NCBI GenBank assembly: GCA_902608175.1
Contig: CACLNC010000001.1
Location: 1,795 to 65,794 of the forward strand
Reading direction: 5' to 3'
Length of the DNA: 64,000 bases
Source: an uncultured marine group I thaumarchaeote
GTDB taxonomy: Archaea; Thermoproteota; Nitrososphaeria; Nitrososphaerales; Nitrosopumilaceae
A model generated the notes under the pieces. That model was not told the origin of the DNA. It made no database searches and was given only the letters and a program-made list of their open reading frames with translations. Of this stretch, positions 30,173 to 39,305 are shown one piece after another. Position 1 is the first letter of the stretch. Each line of letters begins with the position of its first letter. Both the position numbers and the translations under genes were made by a program.

Positions 30173-31556
30173 TTTCTTCTATGTAGTCTAAAAATTCATC
30201 CAATTTGTCTTTAGTTATTTTTGCACCAGCAGCAGCATCGTGACCACCACCAATACCATCAAATTGTGCTGCTCCATTTTTCATTAATGAACTAAGATTG
30301 ACGTCTGATCTACAGCCAACTGACTTTCTTGATGAGAATTTTATTTTTCCTTCAGCACTATCGGTTCTTAGGAAAACAATCTTTCCAGAGTTTTTTGGAG
30401 ATCCTGCTATCAATGAGGATATAGTTCCAGTCATTGTCTCTGGCACAAGGCCTTCTGCATTAACAAGTACGTAATCTTCTGCATTGTTTATCCTCCATCT
30501 TTCATTGGTTAGAACATTCATGTAATCTCGGATCTTCTTTCTATATTCCACTAACACTTTTTCACCATCGCGTAACATTTTATTCCTATCTCCCATACAT
30601 ATCGCAATTCCGATTCCAGATTTACCAATTCTTCCACAAGAATTTAGCAAAGTTGAAAATTCTCGTGCATCACGCAAAAAACTATGTCTATCTTCTCTTG
30701 GAAATGTATAGGTATATCCAATAAATTCACTCATAATTTCAGTTGCATCTTTTCCTGTTGCATATTTTGATATGGATTCAAGAATATTGCGTTTTTCATC
30801 TTGTGATAGATCAGCAAGAACTCTCCAACGAGAACCCTCTTTCAGCTTAATTCCAGAAGAATTTAGAAGTGATAAACATGTATCACGATTCCAAGTAAGA
30901 CCTTGAATAAATGGCTGTGAAGTAAATGCAAGTGAATCTGGAAGCGGTCTGGTTTCTCTTCCAACTAAAAGTAGATCCAGATCTACTTCTACTAATCCAA
31001 GATTCTTTGCAGTTTCCAATATCTCCAAGTTTTTCCCAATGAATGCTTTTTTCTCTCCCTGATCTTGTCTATCACCTATTGCAGAAACTACTGCTACGGC
31101 AGAAAGGTCTCGATTTTTTTTGTCAAGTGATAACCCAGCTAGATATGCCATTCCCCCTGCACAAATTTCTTTTCCACCATCAATTCCAAATTTCCATGCA
31201 TTGATTACATTTTCAATATCATGCTCTTCTTCAGGAATTTCATGATGATCTAACACAAACCAATTATCACCAAGATTATCATTAATTTCCTTTCCAAATC
31301 CACCACCAAGATCTGTAATTATGTGAAAGTCCTTTTCCTCACTTCGTAATTTTTGAACTAGATTTGAACTAAATTCGTTTGTTGTTCTTACTGTACATTT
31401 TGCTCCAGCCCTGATTAATGCATTCGTGATTATGCTTCCTGAAGTAATACCGTCACAGTCTATGTGTGTTGTAACCAGAATTTGCTTTCTAGTTTTTATA
31501 CAATCCTTGACTTTATCTCGAAAATTTGTAAGATATTCTTGAAGAACTTTTCCCAT
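30135..31556 (-). CDS. RecJ/Cdc45-like DHH phosphoesterase
   Basis: HIDCDG, LDHH and GGGHDAAAG motifs. Confidence 0.92.
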   Translation of the reverse strand: MGKVLQEYLTNFRDKVKDCIKTRKQILVTTHIDCDGITSGSIITNALIRAGAKCTVRTTNEFSSNLVQKLRSEEKDFHIITDLGGGFGKEINDNLGDNWFVLDHHEIPEEEHDIENVINAWKFGIDGGKEICAGGMAYLAGLSLDKKNRDLSAVAVVSAIGDRQDQGEKKAFIGKNLEILETAKNLGLVEVDLDLLLVGRETRPLPDSLAFTSQPFIQGLTWNRDTCLSLLNSSGIKLKEGSRWRVLADLSQDEKRNILESISKYATGKDATEIMSEFIGYTYTFPREDRHSFLRDAREFSTLLNSCGRIGKSGIGIAICMGDRNKMLRDGEKVLVEYRKKIRDYMNVLTNERWRINNAEDYVLVNAEGLVPETMTGTISSLIAGSPKNSGKIVFLRTDSAEGKIKFSSRKSVGCRSDVNLSSLMKNGAAQFDGIGGGHDAAAGAKITKDKLDEFLDYIEENVSKMQSQNKSE

Positions 31557-32005
31557 TACTCTAGTTTTGCCACTACGGATTTATATTTCCAAGTTTCTGG
31601 AATTTTTCCTTCTTTTTTGTAATGTGTAGAAATACGATGAACTTTGGCTTCAATTAGTTCAAGCGATCTTCTATTTCTATTGTCAGATTTATTGTCTTTG
31701 AGATGTTTTTGTAGATTTACTGCCTTCATCACAATATTGTTTAAATCCTCAGGAAGATCTCCCTGAAGATTATTTTCTTCAAGTACCTGAGAAATTGATT
31801 TTTTAATTATAGGTTTGACTAGAGGAATAGCATGTTGATCTCTAAGTTTTACACCAATTTGACTTTGTTTTAATCCGTCATTTGCGTATTTGATAATTAG
31901 TTGCTCTATCTCCTCTGGGGTTTGAGTTACCCATGATGGTTTTTTCAGTTCAATAGGTCTAATTGAGTGTGATTTCCCATGATTATGAGTATGAAGTCTT
32001 CCCAT
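31556..32005 (-). CDS. rps15: 30S ribosomal protein S15 (uS15)
   Basis: IGVKLRDQHAIP and LPEDL motifs. Confidence 0.96.
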   Translation of the reverse strand: MGRLHTHNHGKSHSIRPIELKKPSWVTQTPEEIEQLIIKYANDGLKQSQIGVKLRDQHAIPLVKPIIKKSISQVLEENNLQGDLPEDLNNIVMKAVNLQKHLKDNKSDNRNRRSLELIEAKVHRISTHYKKEGKIPETWKYKSVVAKLE

Positions 32006-32099
32006 GCTCAGGCATGATTTAGGAACAAAATTAAATGTTCCTAGTTAAAAATTTAGAAAAAAGTTAAATAATAACACTAGTCACCTTTGAACAGTAGAA

Positions 32100-32429
32100 A
32101 TGAACAAATCCATATTATTAGGCGCACTTTTCGCTGCTGTATTCTCAATGGGAGTTACTCCTGCATTTGCCCAATACATGGGCTCTGGTGGAGATGGTTC
32201 CCAAGACGGTGGTCATCCATCAATGTCTCTTGAGAACACACTACAACTTGCAGCAGACAAAGTGAAATATGCATCTGACAATCCAGCAGCTGGATCTGGT
32301 ACTCCTTACCTAGCAGCTGATGGTGTATTAGGTGCATCTGCAATTGCTGCAGCAATATTCGGTGGTATAGCAGGGGCATTCTTCTTTAGAGGAAGAACCG
32401 GAAAATACGCCGCACAAGGTAGAGGTTAG
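32100..32429 (+). CDS. amoZ: Probable AMO accessory subunit AmoZ (signal peptide plus C-terminal TM)
   Basis: Signal peptide ending PAFA, GSGTPYL and one C-terminal TM; lies in the amo region; naming is from recalled AOA synteny. Confidence 0.6.
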   Translation: MNKSILLGALFAAVFSMGVTPAFAQYMGSGGDGSQDGGHPSMSLENTLQLAADKVKYASDNPAAGSGTPYLAADGVLGASAIAAAIFGGIAGAFFFRGRTGKYAAQGRG

Positions 32430-32535
32430 AACACCTTCTAACACCCTTATTTTCTCATTTTCCTACTTATAGTACGTATGATTTTATCCATTAACTAGAG
32501 AAATACATATATCCCACGCGTAGAGACAATTTCTG

Positions 32536-32805
32536 ATGATTCCTGTATTTGGAACAATTCTAAGCATGCTGTCTAGCTTTGCAGGTCAATTGGGACCTAA
32601 CTACGATCCATTGTTCTACGATGTTATGGTTTACATATTTGGTACCATAATGTTCACAGTTTTCCTTCTGGCACTTATTGCCTATTGGGTAAGAGTGCAC
32701 GGTTGGGGATACAAAGACAATCGTGAGAAATGGGTTGACGAATTAGATGGTCACTTCGAGAATGAAGGAATCGGTCTAATACCTGATAACGGCAAGTACT
32801 GGTAA
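32536..32805 (+). CDS. amoY: Probable AMO accessory subunit AmoY (small membrane protein)
   Basis: One clear TM, adjacent to probable amoZ, shares a 3' element with amoA and amoB; naming is from recalled synteny. Confidence 0.55.
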   Translation: MIPVFGTILSMLSSFAGQLGPNYDPLFYDVMVYIFGTIMFTVFLLALIAYWVRVHGWGYKDNREKWVDELDGHFENEGIGLIPDNGKYW

Positions 32806-32893
32806 AACCATTCTTCATCTTTTCATTTTATTATATTCTCTATCTAGTTTTGACTTAGTCAAAAACACAATTGTATGATTTGTGATAAATCAT

Positions 32894-33418
32894 CTATTCT
32901 TGAGGTGGCATAAAGTCGGAATCTTTTGATGAGTCATAATCCTTTGATGTGAATTCTGCTCTGTAATGGTAACCATCAACTAGCAGTTCACGTATGAAAT
33001 GAGGTGATTCATCCCCATTAACAATTATACGTGATTCATCTTGAAGCATATCTCTCATAGGAAAGTCCCACATCCAGAAAAAGTGACCAATTTCAAATGG
33101 ATATTCTTCAGTCCATTCTGCATAAACTTTCCCATTATCAGAAATTGTGTATATTGCTTTTTGGCATCCTTCTGGAGTAATTCCAACATTTGCTGGAATG
33201 TTAGCTTTCATTTTATCAATATAGAGTTCTACAGTTGCAGAAATTTTGTATGTTGTATTTTTATCATTTATACAAACTTTCAAAGGATCATCTAAACTCA
33301 ATTGGGCCTGAAGTAGACTACTTGCTGCTCCAACCCCAATTGCAATAACTGCAGTAATTGCTAAAAATCTAAGTGTTTTTTTACGCTTTCTTGGGTCACC
33401 CATTCCAGGCCAAATCAT
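32894..33418 (-). CDS. Membrane-anchored hypothetical protein (amo region)
   Basis: Basic N-terminus plus TM; IPANVGI...C motif. Confidence 0.75.
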   Translation of the reverse strand: MIWPGMGDPRKRKKTLRFLAITAVIAIGVGAASSLLQAQLSLDDPLKVCINDKNTTYKISATVELYIDKMKANIPANVGITPEGCQKAIYTISDNGKVYAEWTEEYPFEIGHFFWMWDFPMRDMLQDESRIIVNGDESPHFIRELLVDGYHYRAEFTSKDYDSSKDSDFMPPQE

Positions 33419-33452
33419 GCCTAAATTCGATCAGATTACTTTAAAGTCGTTT

Positions 33453-33782
33453 CTATATCAGTTCTGAACCATCTAAAATTTCAAGAGTATCAAATTGATC
33501 TTGATGATCTGCTACAAAAAATGTTATCATGTCAGAATCAATTTCAAGCCATTCTGATTCCCCACGAAATTCTAGCATGTCTTCAATCACTATATCATTA
33601 GGTCCAGAAAGCCTGACTAGGAATCTCTTTTTTTCGGTATTAATCTGAAATGGGACTTTGAGTATTTTTCCTCTTCTTTCAGATTGTATGTTTATAGTAT
33701 ATTCGTCATCTCTAAAGTTCACTTTTCCCTTGAAATAACTCTCATAGATGTTAAGGAATTTAATTTTAAAGTCGAGTTTCAT
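33453..33782 (-). CDS. Hypothetical protein (amo region)
   Basis: 109-aa ORF co-oriented downstream of amoB. Confidence 0.7.
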   Translation of the reverse strand: MKLDFKIKFLNIYESYFKGKVNFRDDEYTINIQSERRGKILKVPFQINTEKKRFLVRLSGPNDIVIEDMLEFRGESEWLEIDSDMITFFVADHQDQFDTLEILDGSELI

Positions 33783-33833
33783 ACTAAGTTTACACTAGAG
33801 AGTATAATAAAATGAAAAGAGATGATGGTAAGA

Positions 33834-34400
33834 TTAGATTACTTGCCAGGGTCTTGTGTAGAATGTTATCACATAACCAACTGCAATTATGATTGATTGA
33901 TATGCAATGTTGGTGTATGGGATTGGTTTGAGAATTGGTTCTCCCTCTACAACTACTGTCTGTCCTGGTCCTAGACCTGGACCTACGTGTTCAATGTTCA
34001 ATTGTGTATGAACATGATATACGCCTGGTTCTAGAGCTCTGGCTGAGATTTCATAATCAACTACGTCGTTACCTGGAATATTGAATACGTTACCAGGTGG
34101 ATCTCTTGCCAGAATCTCCCATCTGTTACCGGCATTTGTTGACTCTGAGAATATGGATGACCATGCTCTCATATCAGAACCTACTAAACTTACAAAGGCG
34201 CCTGATAGCGTCAAAACTTCGCCAGTTTGAAGAGATTGTCTGTTAAACGTTTCATCCTCTATTCTAATGAAACGACTTTGCAGCTGTGCTTGTACACCGT
34301 GGGCTTCTGCGCTTTGAATGATTTCGGCTACATGTGGACCGTAAACACCAAGTACGAAAACAGCTCCAAGTGCAACTGCTAAAATTTTTCGATCGACCAT
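33834..34400 (-). CDS. amoB: Ammonia monooxygenase subunit B (archaeal)
   Basis: Signal peptide then AHGVQAQLQSRF; YHVHTQ His-brace; YTRPWQVI C-terminus. Confidence 0.97.
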   Translation of the reverse strand: MVDRKILAVALGAVFVLGVYGPHVAEIIQSAEAHGVQAQLQSRFIRIEDETFNRQSLQTGEVLTLSGAFVSLVGSDMRAWSSIFSESTNAGNRWEILARDPPGNVFNIPGNDVVDYEISARALEPGVYHVHTQLNIEHVGPGLGPGQTVVVEGEPILKPIPYTNIAYQSIIIAVGYVITFYTRPWQVI

Positions 34401-34475
34401 TATTATCCCTATTATCGAATGAGATAATCTGTGCTATATTAGTTTTAATCAAATTATCGATCCTATTTTATACCT

Positions 34476-34501
34476 AATGTTAATCATTGATGATTAACAT
34501 T
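34476..34501. promoter_or_regulatory. Perfect 12-bp inverted repeat in the divergent amoB/amoC intergenic region (candidate operator)
   Basis: AATGTTAATCAT-TG-ATGATTAACATT. Confidence 0.55.
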
Positions 34502-34654
34502 GATTATCACTAAAAATAAAGTAAAATTAATTCATGATTATATTTTTCTATTGAAAAAATTACAAGAAATGACGTGTATTTTTTATAGAAATTTCAAAAA
34601 AACTTGATAAAACATATCAACTGGGTTATATCCGAAGAGCACGTCACTATAACT

Positions 34655-35218
34655 ATGGCACAAATGCCGGCATTACTCCCAAAGGAAGTCGAAATCCAGA
34701 GACTAAAGAAAATCTGGCTAATCGTAATTGCTATGGGATCAACAGCCGCATCCGTAGAAGTCGACAACTTTGTCGATGGTTCACTTCATCAAACTTCTAT
34801 CAGAGATAGCGCATTTACACCAGCACATTGGTGGCTATATTCTCACTTTGTTACTCTTCCATTAGGTTGGGCAGCAGCAGGAATGTATGATAGAAAAGTT
34901 CCAATATTGAGAGGACCAAATAACTCAATTAACACTGGTCTTAAGATGACAATTCTAGGTTATCTTGCAACAATGTTTACAATTGGAGTTAACGAGATGT
35001 GGCACTTTTGGTTTGTCGAAGAAATCTTCGCAGTACCAAACCACTGGATGTTCAACATGGGTGTAGTTGTAGCCTTTATGGGTGCACTTGCATACGTAGT
35101 TCGAGTCTATGCTAGACTTGTAGAACTAGGTGCAGAGACACCAGGTGAAAACCCATATGTTGCTGAAATGTACAAGATGGCTCTAGAAGGTAAATTGTAC
35201 AGCAGAAGCATTCCATAA
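34655..35218 (+). CDS. amoC: Ammonia monooxygenase subunit C (archaeal)
   Basis: MAQMPALLPKE; VDGSLHQT..RDSAFTPAHW and NEMWH..EE.F..PNHW metal motifs. Confidence 0.97.
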   Translation: MAQMPALLPKEVEIQRLKKIWLIVIAMGSTAASVEVDNFVDGSLHQTSIRDSAFTPAHWWLYSHFVTLPLGWAAAGMYDRKVPILRGPNNSINTGLKMTILGYLATMFTIGVNEMWHFWFVEEIFAVPNHWMFNMGVVVAFMGALAYVVRVYARLVELGAETPGENPYVAEMYKMALEGKLYSRSIP

Positions 35219-35326
35219 GGAAACCATCCTTCTTTTTTCCTTTTTTATATAACGCCTAGAATATGGTGCGATCTGCCTGAGAAATGACAAAAGATTTAAA
35301 AACATTCTACCTTGTTAAAACTTAGA

Positions 35327-35689
35327 ATGACTCTACCAAAAGGATTTGGCTCAGGAGGAGGCGGCGGCGCAGGTAGTGCTGACGTCGAGAAGATGATAGG
35401 CCGTCGTGTCGAAAACATGACAGGAATGATTACCTTATCATATATCGCAGCATGGTTAGCAACATTTGGAGGAACAGCAGCAGGATACTTCTTTTATCCA
35501 TGGGCTTATCCAACACCAAGTGGTCACTATGCATTCATCGTCCTGACCCTTGTAGAAGCAATTGGCTATCTTTTCTGTGTCAAAGTGATGCAGGAAGGAA
35601 CGCAAAAGAACAGCAATGGCATAATAGCAGTAACACTAGCTGGTACAGCAATAGGAACTGTTGCAATTGTCATGTTCGTAGGCCACTAA
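35327..35689 (+). CDS. amoX: AMO subunit AmoX
   Basis: MTLPKGFG...MIGRRVENMTG...YPTPSGHYAF, located between amoC and amoA. Confidence 0.9.
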   Translation: MTLPKGFGSGGGGGAGSADVEKMIGRRVENMTGMITLSYIAAWLATFGGTAAGYFFYPWAYPTPSGHYAFIVLTLVEAIGYLFCVKVMQEGTQKNSNGIIAVTLAGTAIGTVAIVMFVGH

Positions 35690-35795
35690 AAAGAGTCCAA
35701 TAGGACACCTTTTTCTCTTTTTATTCATATACTTAGTCCCAATAGATCACGCAAATTTCCTAAAATTTTATATACTAACCATCTTGATATCCTTC

Positions 35796-36446
35796 ATGGT
35801 CTGGCTTAGACGATGTACTCACTACTTATTCATAGTAGTAGTTGCAGTAAACTCTACTCTGCTAACAATCAATGCAGGAGATTATATCTTCTATACTGAC
35901 TGGGCTTGGACATCGTTTGTAGTATTCTCAATATCTCAGACGTTGATGCTTGCAGTAGGTGCAGCATATTATCTCACATTTACTGGAGTTCCAGGTACGG
36001 CGACATATTATGCGCTAATTATGACAGTATATACTTGGATTGCAAAAGGTGCATGGTTTGCACTTGGTTATCCATATGACTTTATTGTCACACCAGTCTG
36101 GTTGCCATCAGCAATGCTATTAGATTTGGCATACTGGGCGACGAAGAAGAATAAGCACTCGCTGATACTGTTTGGTGGAGTACTAATTGGAATGTCACTG
36201 CCATTATTCAATATGGTAAACCTGATCACTGTGGCAGATCCGCTAGAGACTGCATTCAAGTATCCGAGACCGACATTGCCTCCATACATGACACCGATAG
36301 AACCGCAGGTAGGTAAATTCTACAATAGCCCAGTTGCGCTGGGAGCGGGAGCTGGTGCTGTGTTATCGGTAACGTTTACGGCGTTGGGTTGTAAACTCAA
36401 TACGTGGACTTACAGATGGATGGCTGCTTGGTCAAAGTGGGATTAG
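35796..36446 (+). CDS. amoA: Ammonia monooxygenase subunit A (archaeal)
   Basis: MVWLRRCTHYLF...AGDYIFYTDWAW...WMAAWSKWD. Confidence 0.99.
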   Translation: MVWLRRCTHYLFIVVVAVNSTLLTINAGDYIFYTDWAWTSFVVFSISQTLMLAVGAAYYLTFTGVPGTATYYALIMTVYTWIAKGAWFALGYPYDFIVTPVWLPSAMLLDLAYWATKKNKHSLILFGGVLIGMSLPLFNMVNLITVADPLETAFKYPRPTLPPYMTPIEPQVGKFYNSPVALGAGAGAVLSVTFTALGCKLNTWTYRWMAAWSKWD

Positions 36447-36636
36447 AAAAAACCCATATCCTCTTTTCATTTTATTGAGTATCATTAGTTTGTGTCATAA
36501 ATAATCCAAAAACCATCAATTTTCAACTAAAACGAAATTTCTATTTAAGCTATTTCTCCCAGATCAAAAAATTCTCAACTCTTTGTGATCTTTTCCAGAC
36601 TTTGGATAAGAAAACAGTTTTTTGAAAGTATAATGC

Positions 36637-37497
36637 CTGACCCTAGAATATACACAAGTTCATGCATATGAGGCAAAACCATTTGTAAAATGGGCTGGAG
36701 GCAAGAGACAGCTTTTAGCAGAATTGGAGAGAAAACTTCCAAGTAAATTTGGAACATATTTTGAACCATTTCTTGGCGGTGGCGCTGTTATGTTTCATAT
36801 GCTTTCAAAGAATCCAAATCTAAAATGTCATGTCTCTGATCTAAATTCTGACTTGATTTTGGCTTATATTGCAATTAGAGACAAAGTAGACGAACTAATA
36901 GAATCTCTCGAAAACCATTCTAAAAAATATCAAAAAAACTCAAATCATTATTTTTATGATATTAGGGAATCAGAACCAACTTCACAGATTGAAAAGGTTT
37001 CAAGATTTATCTTTCTAAACAAGACATGTTTCAATGGACTTTACCGAGTAAATAGTAAAGGAAAATTCAATGTGCCACTAGGTAGATACACAAATCCAAA
37101 TATTGTAAACAAAGAGAATTTATTGGCAGTTAGCAAAATCCTCCAATCGGCTGATATTGAATTTTTCTGCCGAGATTTTGAGGCAATTTTGCATGATTCT
37201 AAAAAAGGTGATTTTATCTATTTTGATCCTCCATACCAACCTGTAAGTAAAACTGCAAATTTCACGAGTTACACTCATCGAGATTTCACAGAAAATGACC
37301 TTGAGAGATTAGCTGATGTTGCGAATCAGCTAGACTCTAAGGGGTGCTATGTCATGCTTTCAAACTCTAATTCAAAAACAGTGAAAAAATCATTTTCCTC
37401 TGGATGGGAAATAAAAGAGATAATAGCAAATAGAGCTATAAACTCAAACTCACAAAAAAGAACTGGACATAAAGAGATCATCATAAAAAATTATTAA
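36637..37497 (+). CDS. dam: Orphan Dam-family DNA adenine methyltransferase (start probably CTG at 36637)
   Basis: In-frame KPFVKWAGGKRQL upstream of the track start; EPFLGGG and DPPY motifs. Confidence 0.88.
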   Translation: MTLEYTQVHAYEAKPFVKWAGGKRQLLAELERKLPSKFGTYFEPFLGGGAVMFHMLSKNPNLKCHVSDLNSDLILAYIAIRDKVDELIESLENHSKKYQKNSNHYFYDIRESEPTSQIEKVSRFIFLNKTCFNGLYRVNSKGKFNVPLGRYTNPNIVNKENLLAVSKILQSADIEFFCRDFEAILHDSKKGDFIYFDPPYQPVSKTANFTSYTHRDFTENDLERLADVANQLDSKGCYVMLSNSNSKTVKKSFSSGWEIKEIIANRAINSNSQKRTGHKEIIIKNY

Positions 37498-37571
37498 AGC
37501 TCCGAGTGGGATCTGAACCCACGACCTTTACATTACCAATGTAACGCTCTACCAGGCTGAGCTATCGGAGC
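37498..37571 (-). tRNA. tRNA-Thr(GGT)
   Basis: GCTCCGA/TCGGAGC-T; anticodon arm TTACA-TT GGT AA-TGTAA. Confidence 0.95.
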
Positions 37572-37662
37572 ATGAAAACTTGCATAATTGGAATCTTATA
37601 ATTCTTGATTGGTCATAAGATCAGTAAACTGTTAAATTTCTCATGAATCCAGTTTATTTGAT

Positions 37663-37784
37663 GCAGGAGTAGTCAAGCCTGGCCAAAGAAAGCCTAGCTT
37701 TTGGACACGCAGGACTTAAGATCATATAAATGGGTGATCCTGTCTCTTAGGAGTTCGAGAGTTCAAATCTCTCCTCCTGCACCA
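37663..37784 (+). tRNA. tRNA-Leu(TAA) with two introns (37689-37706 in the D-stem; 37721-37736 at 37/38), CCA encoded
   Basis: GCAGGAG/CTCCTGC-ACCA, long variable arm; BHB folding removes 18 and 16 nt to give a canonical cloverleaf. Confidence 0.9.
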
Positions 37785-37791
37785 GTTATTT

Positions 37792-38178
37792 TTATCTAGA
37801 ATTTCTTAGTCCTTTTGAGTGGAGTTTTTCATAAATTTCTGGGATTGACCATACATATCCAATGCAGTGACAATCTTTTACTTCGCATAATTGACAGTAT
37901 AGTTCACCTCTCTGAATAACAATCTCGGCAATTCTGTTAACAATATTATTTTTGATAATAACTCTGTCATCTTCAATCGAAATTAATTCAAGTTTTGGTG
38001 CAAATTTAGCAAAAGTCTTGTCCTTTTGCATATTTTGTTCAAGCATGTATGTGACATATCCAGCAAAACTGTTAATTCCCTTCATGGTAAGGCTTTCTTT
38101 GCTCTTTTCATACACACTGTGGAATTTTTCATAAACAGTCTCTGAAATTGTGATTGATTTGAATCCTGGTTTTGGCAT
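37792..38178 (-). CDS. Hypothetical protein with N-terminal ribbon-helix-helix-like segment and C-terminal Cys/His cluster
   Basis: FKSITISETVYEK; CQLCxxxDCHC. Confidence 0.65.
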   Translation of the reverse strand: MPKPGFKSITISETVYEKFHSVYEKSKESLTMKGINSFAGYVTYMLEQNMQKDKTFAKFAPKLELISIEDDRVIIKNNIVNRIAEIVIQRGELYCQLCEVKDCHCIGYVWSIPEIYEKLHSKGLRNSR

Positions 38179-38294
38179 ATTACTTTCCCTTACCGTACAA
38201 TAAAGTACTTCCTATATAACATTTCTTACAAAAAAAAATTTAGTTATAGTTAGTATAAAATTTAGTTTTATACTAATGAAAATCCTAGAATAAT

Positions 38295-39194
38295 ATGGCC
38301 AAAGGATATGATGAGAGTGAAGTTAAAACTAGATTAATTGATTTGTTAAAGAAATCAAAAACTGGCATGTCTGGAATCGAAATATCTGAAAATCTTGGAA
38401 TTAATAGAACCACAATGGCAAAATATCTTGATATATTTGCAGCAGAAGGAATAATCCAACAACGAAATGTTGGAAATACACATTTATGGCTAGTTGAAGA
38501 AGGTATTGAAAAATTACAATTCCCAGATGATTATTTTAAGGTCCAAGAAAAATATCTTGATTTTCTTAATAATGCATTTGGAAGGTCTGCATTAGGCTTG
38601 ATACGAAATTGTATGAATTCCGAAGCCAACTCTGTAACTTTAATCACCGAAGTAATTTTACCCACAATCAAATCAGTGAAAGATCTTTTTGCGGAAGGAA
38701 AAATTGGTACGTCAGAGCAAAACCTGCTTTTTGAAATAATTTTAGATTCAATTAAAATTATTAATTTACAAAATTTAATTCCTGAACCACAAAAGAATAT
38801 CGTTGTATTCTCTTCTGATATAGATAGCATTCTGATTTCTGAGGCTACTTCTGCTGCATTCCACGCTAGAAATTGGAAAGTTTCTTCACTTGGAAATATG
38901 TCTTCTACAATGGATGTTTTATTTGATCTTGATCTAAAAAAATTGTTAACAAAAATTTGGAAGGGAAAAGAGGGCATAATGATAATTGTAGTTTGCTCTT
39001 CTTCTGAAGAGAGCTTGAAGTTTTTTTCTGAAGCATTTCAATCTGTTAAAGGTAAAAATCAAAAAAATCTAAATCTTATACTTAATGCAAAAATAGGAAA
39101 GAAAATAGATGTTAAAGCTGATCTGATTACAGATGATCTTGATGAGATTATCCAGTGGGCAGAAACAGCATATGAAAATGCTAGTGGTCAATAA
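38295..39194 (+). CDS. Winged-HTH regulator with B12-binding-like cap and Rossmann domains
   Basis: GIEISENLGINRTTMAKYL HTH; EVILPT...LFAEGKIG and WKVSSLG resemble cobalamin-binding domains. Confidence 0.6.
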   Translation: MAKGYDESEVKTRLIDLLKKSKTGMSGIEISENLGINRTTMAKYLDIFAAEGIIQQRNVGNTHLWLVEEGIEKLQFPDDYFKVQEKYLDFLNNAFGRSALGLIRNCMNSEANSVTLITEVILPTIKSVKDLFAEGKIGTSEQNLLFEIILDSIKIINLQNLIPEPQKNIVVFSSDIDSILISEATSAAFHARNWKVSSLGNMSSTMDVLFDLDLKKLLTKIWKGKEGIMIIVVCSSSEESLKFFSEAFQSVKGKNQKNLNLILNAKIGKKIDVKADLITDDLDEIIQWAETAYENASGQ

Positions 39195-39203
39195 CAAAAA
39201 AGG

Positions 39204-39278
39204 TGGGCCCGATGAGATTCGAACTCATGGCCTTTCGATTATCAGTCGAACGCTCTAGCCAAGCTGAGCTACGAGCCC
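39204..39278 (-). tRNA. tRNA-Ile(GAT)
   Basis: GGGCTCG/CGGGCCC-A; anticodon arm TTCGA-CT GAT AA-TCGAA. Confidence 0.96.
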
Positions 39279-39305
39279 TGAGAATTTGTCGTGTTCTGTG
39301 GAAAT

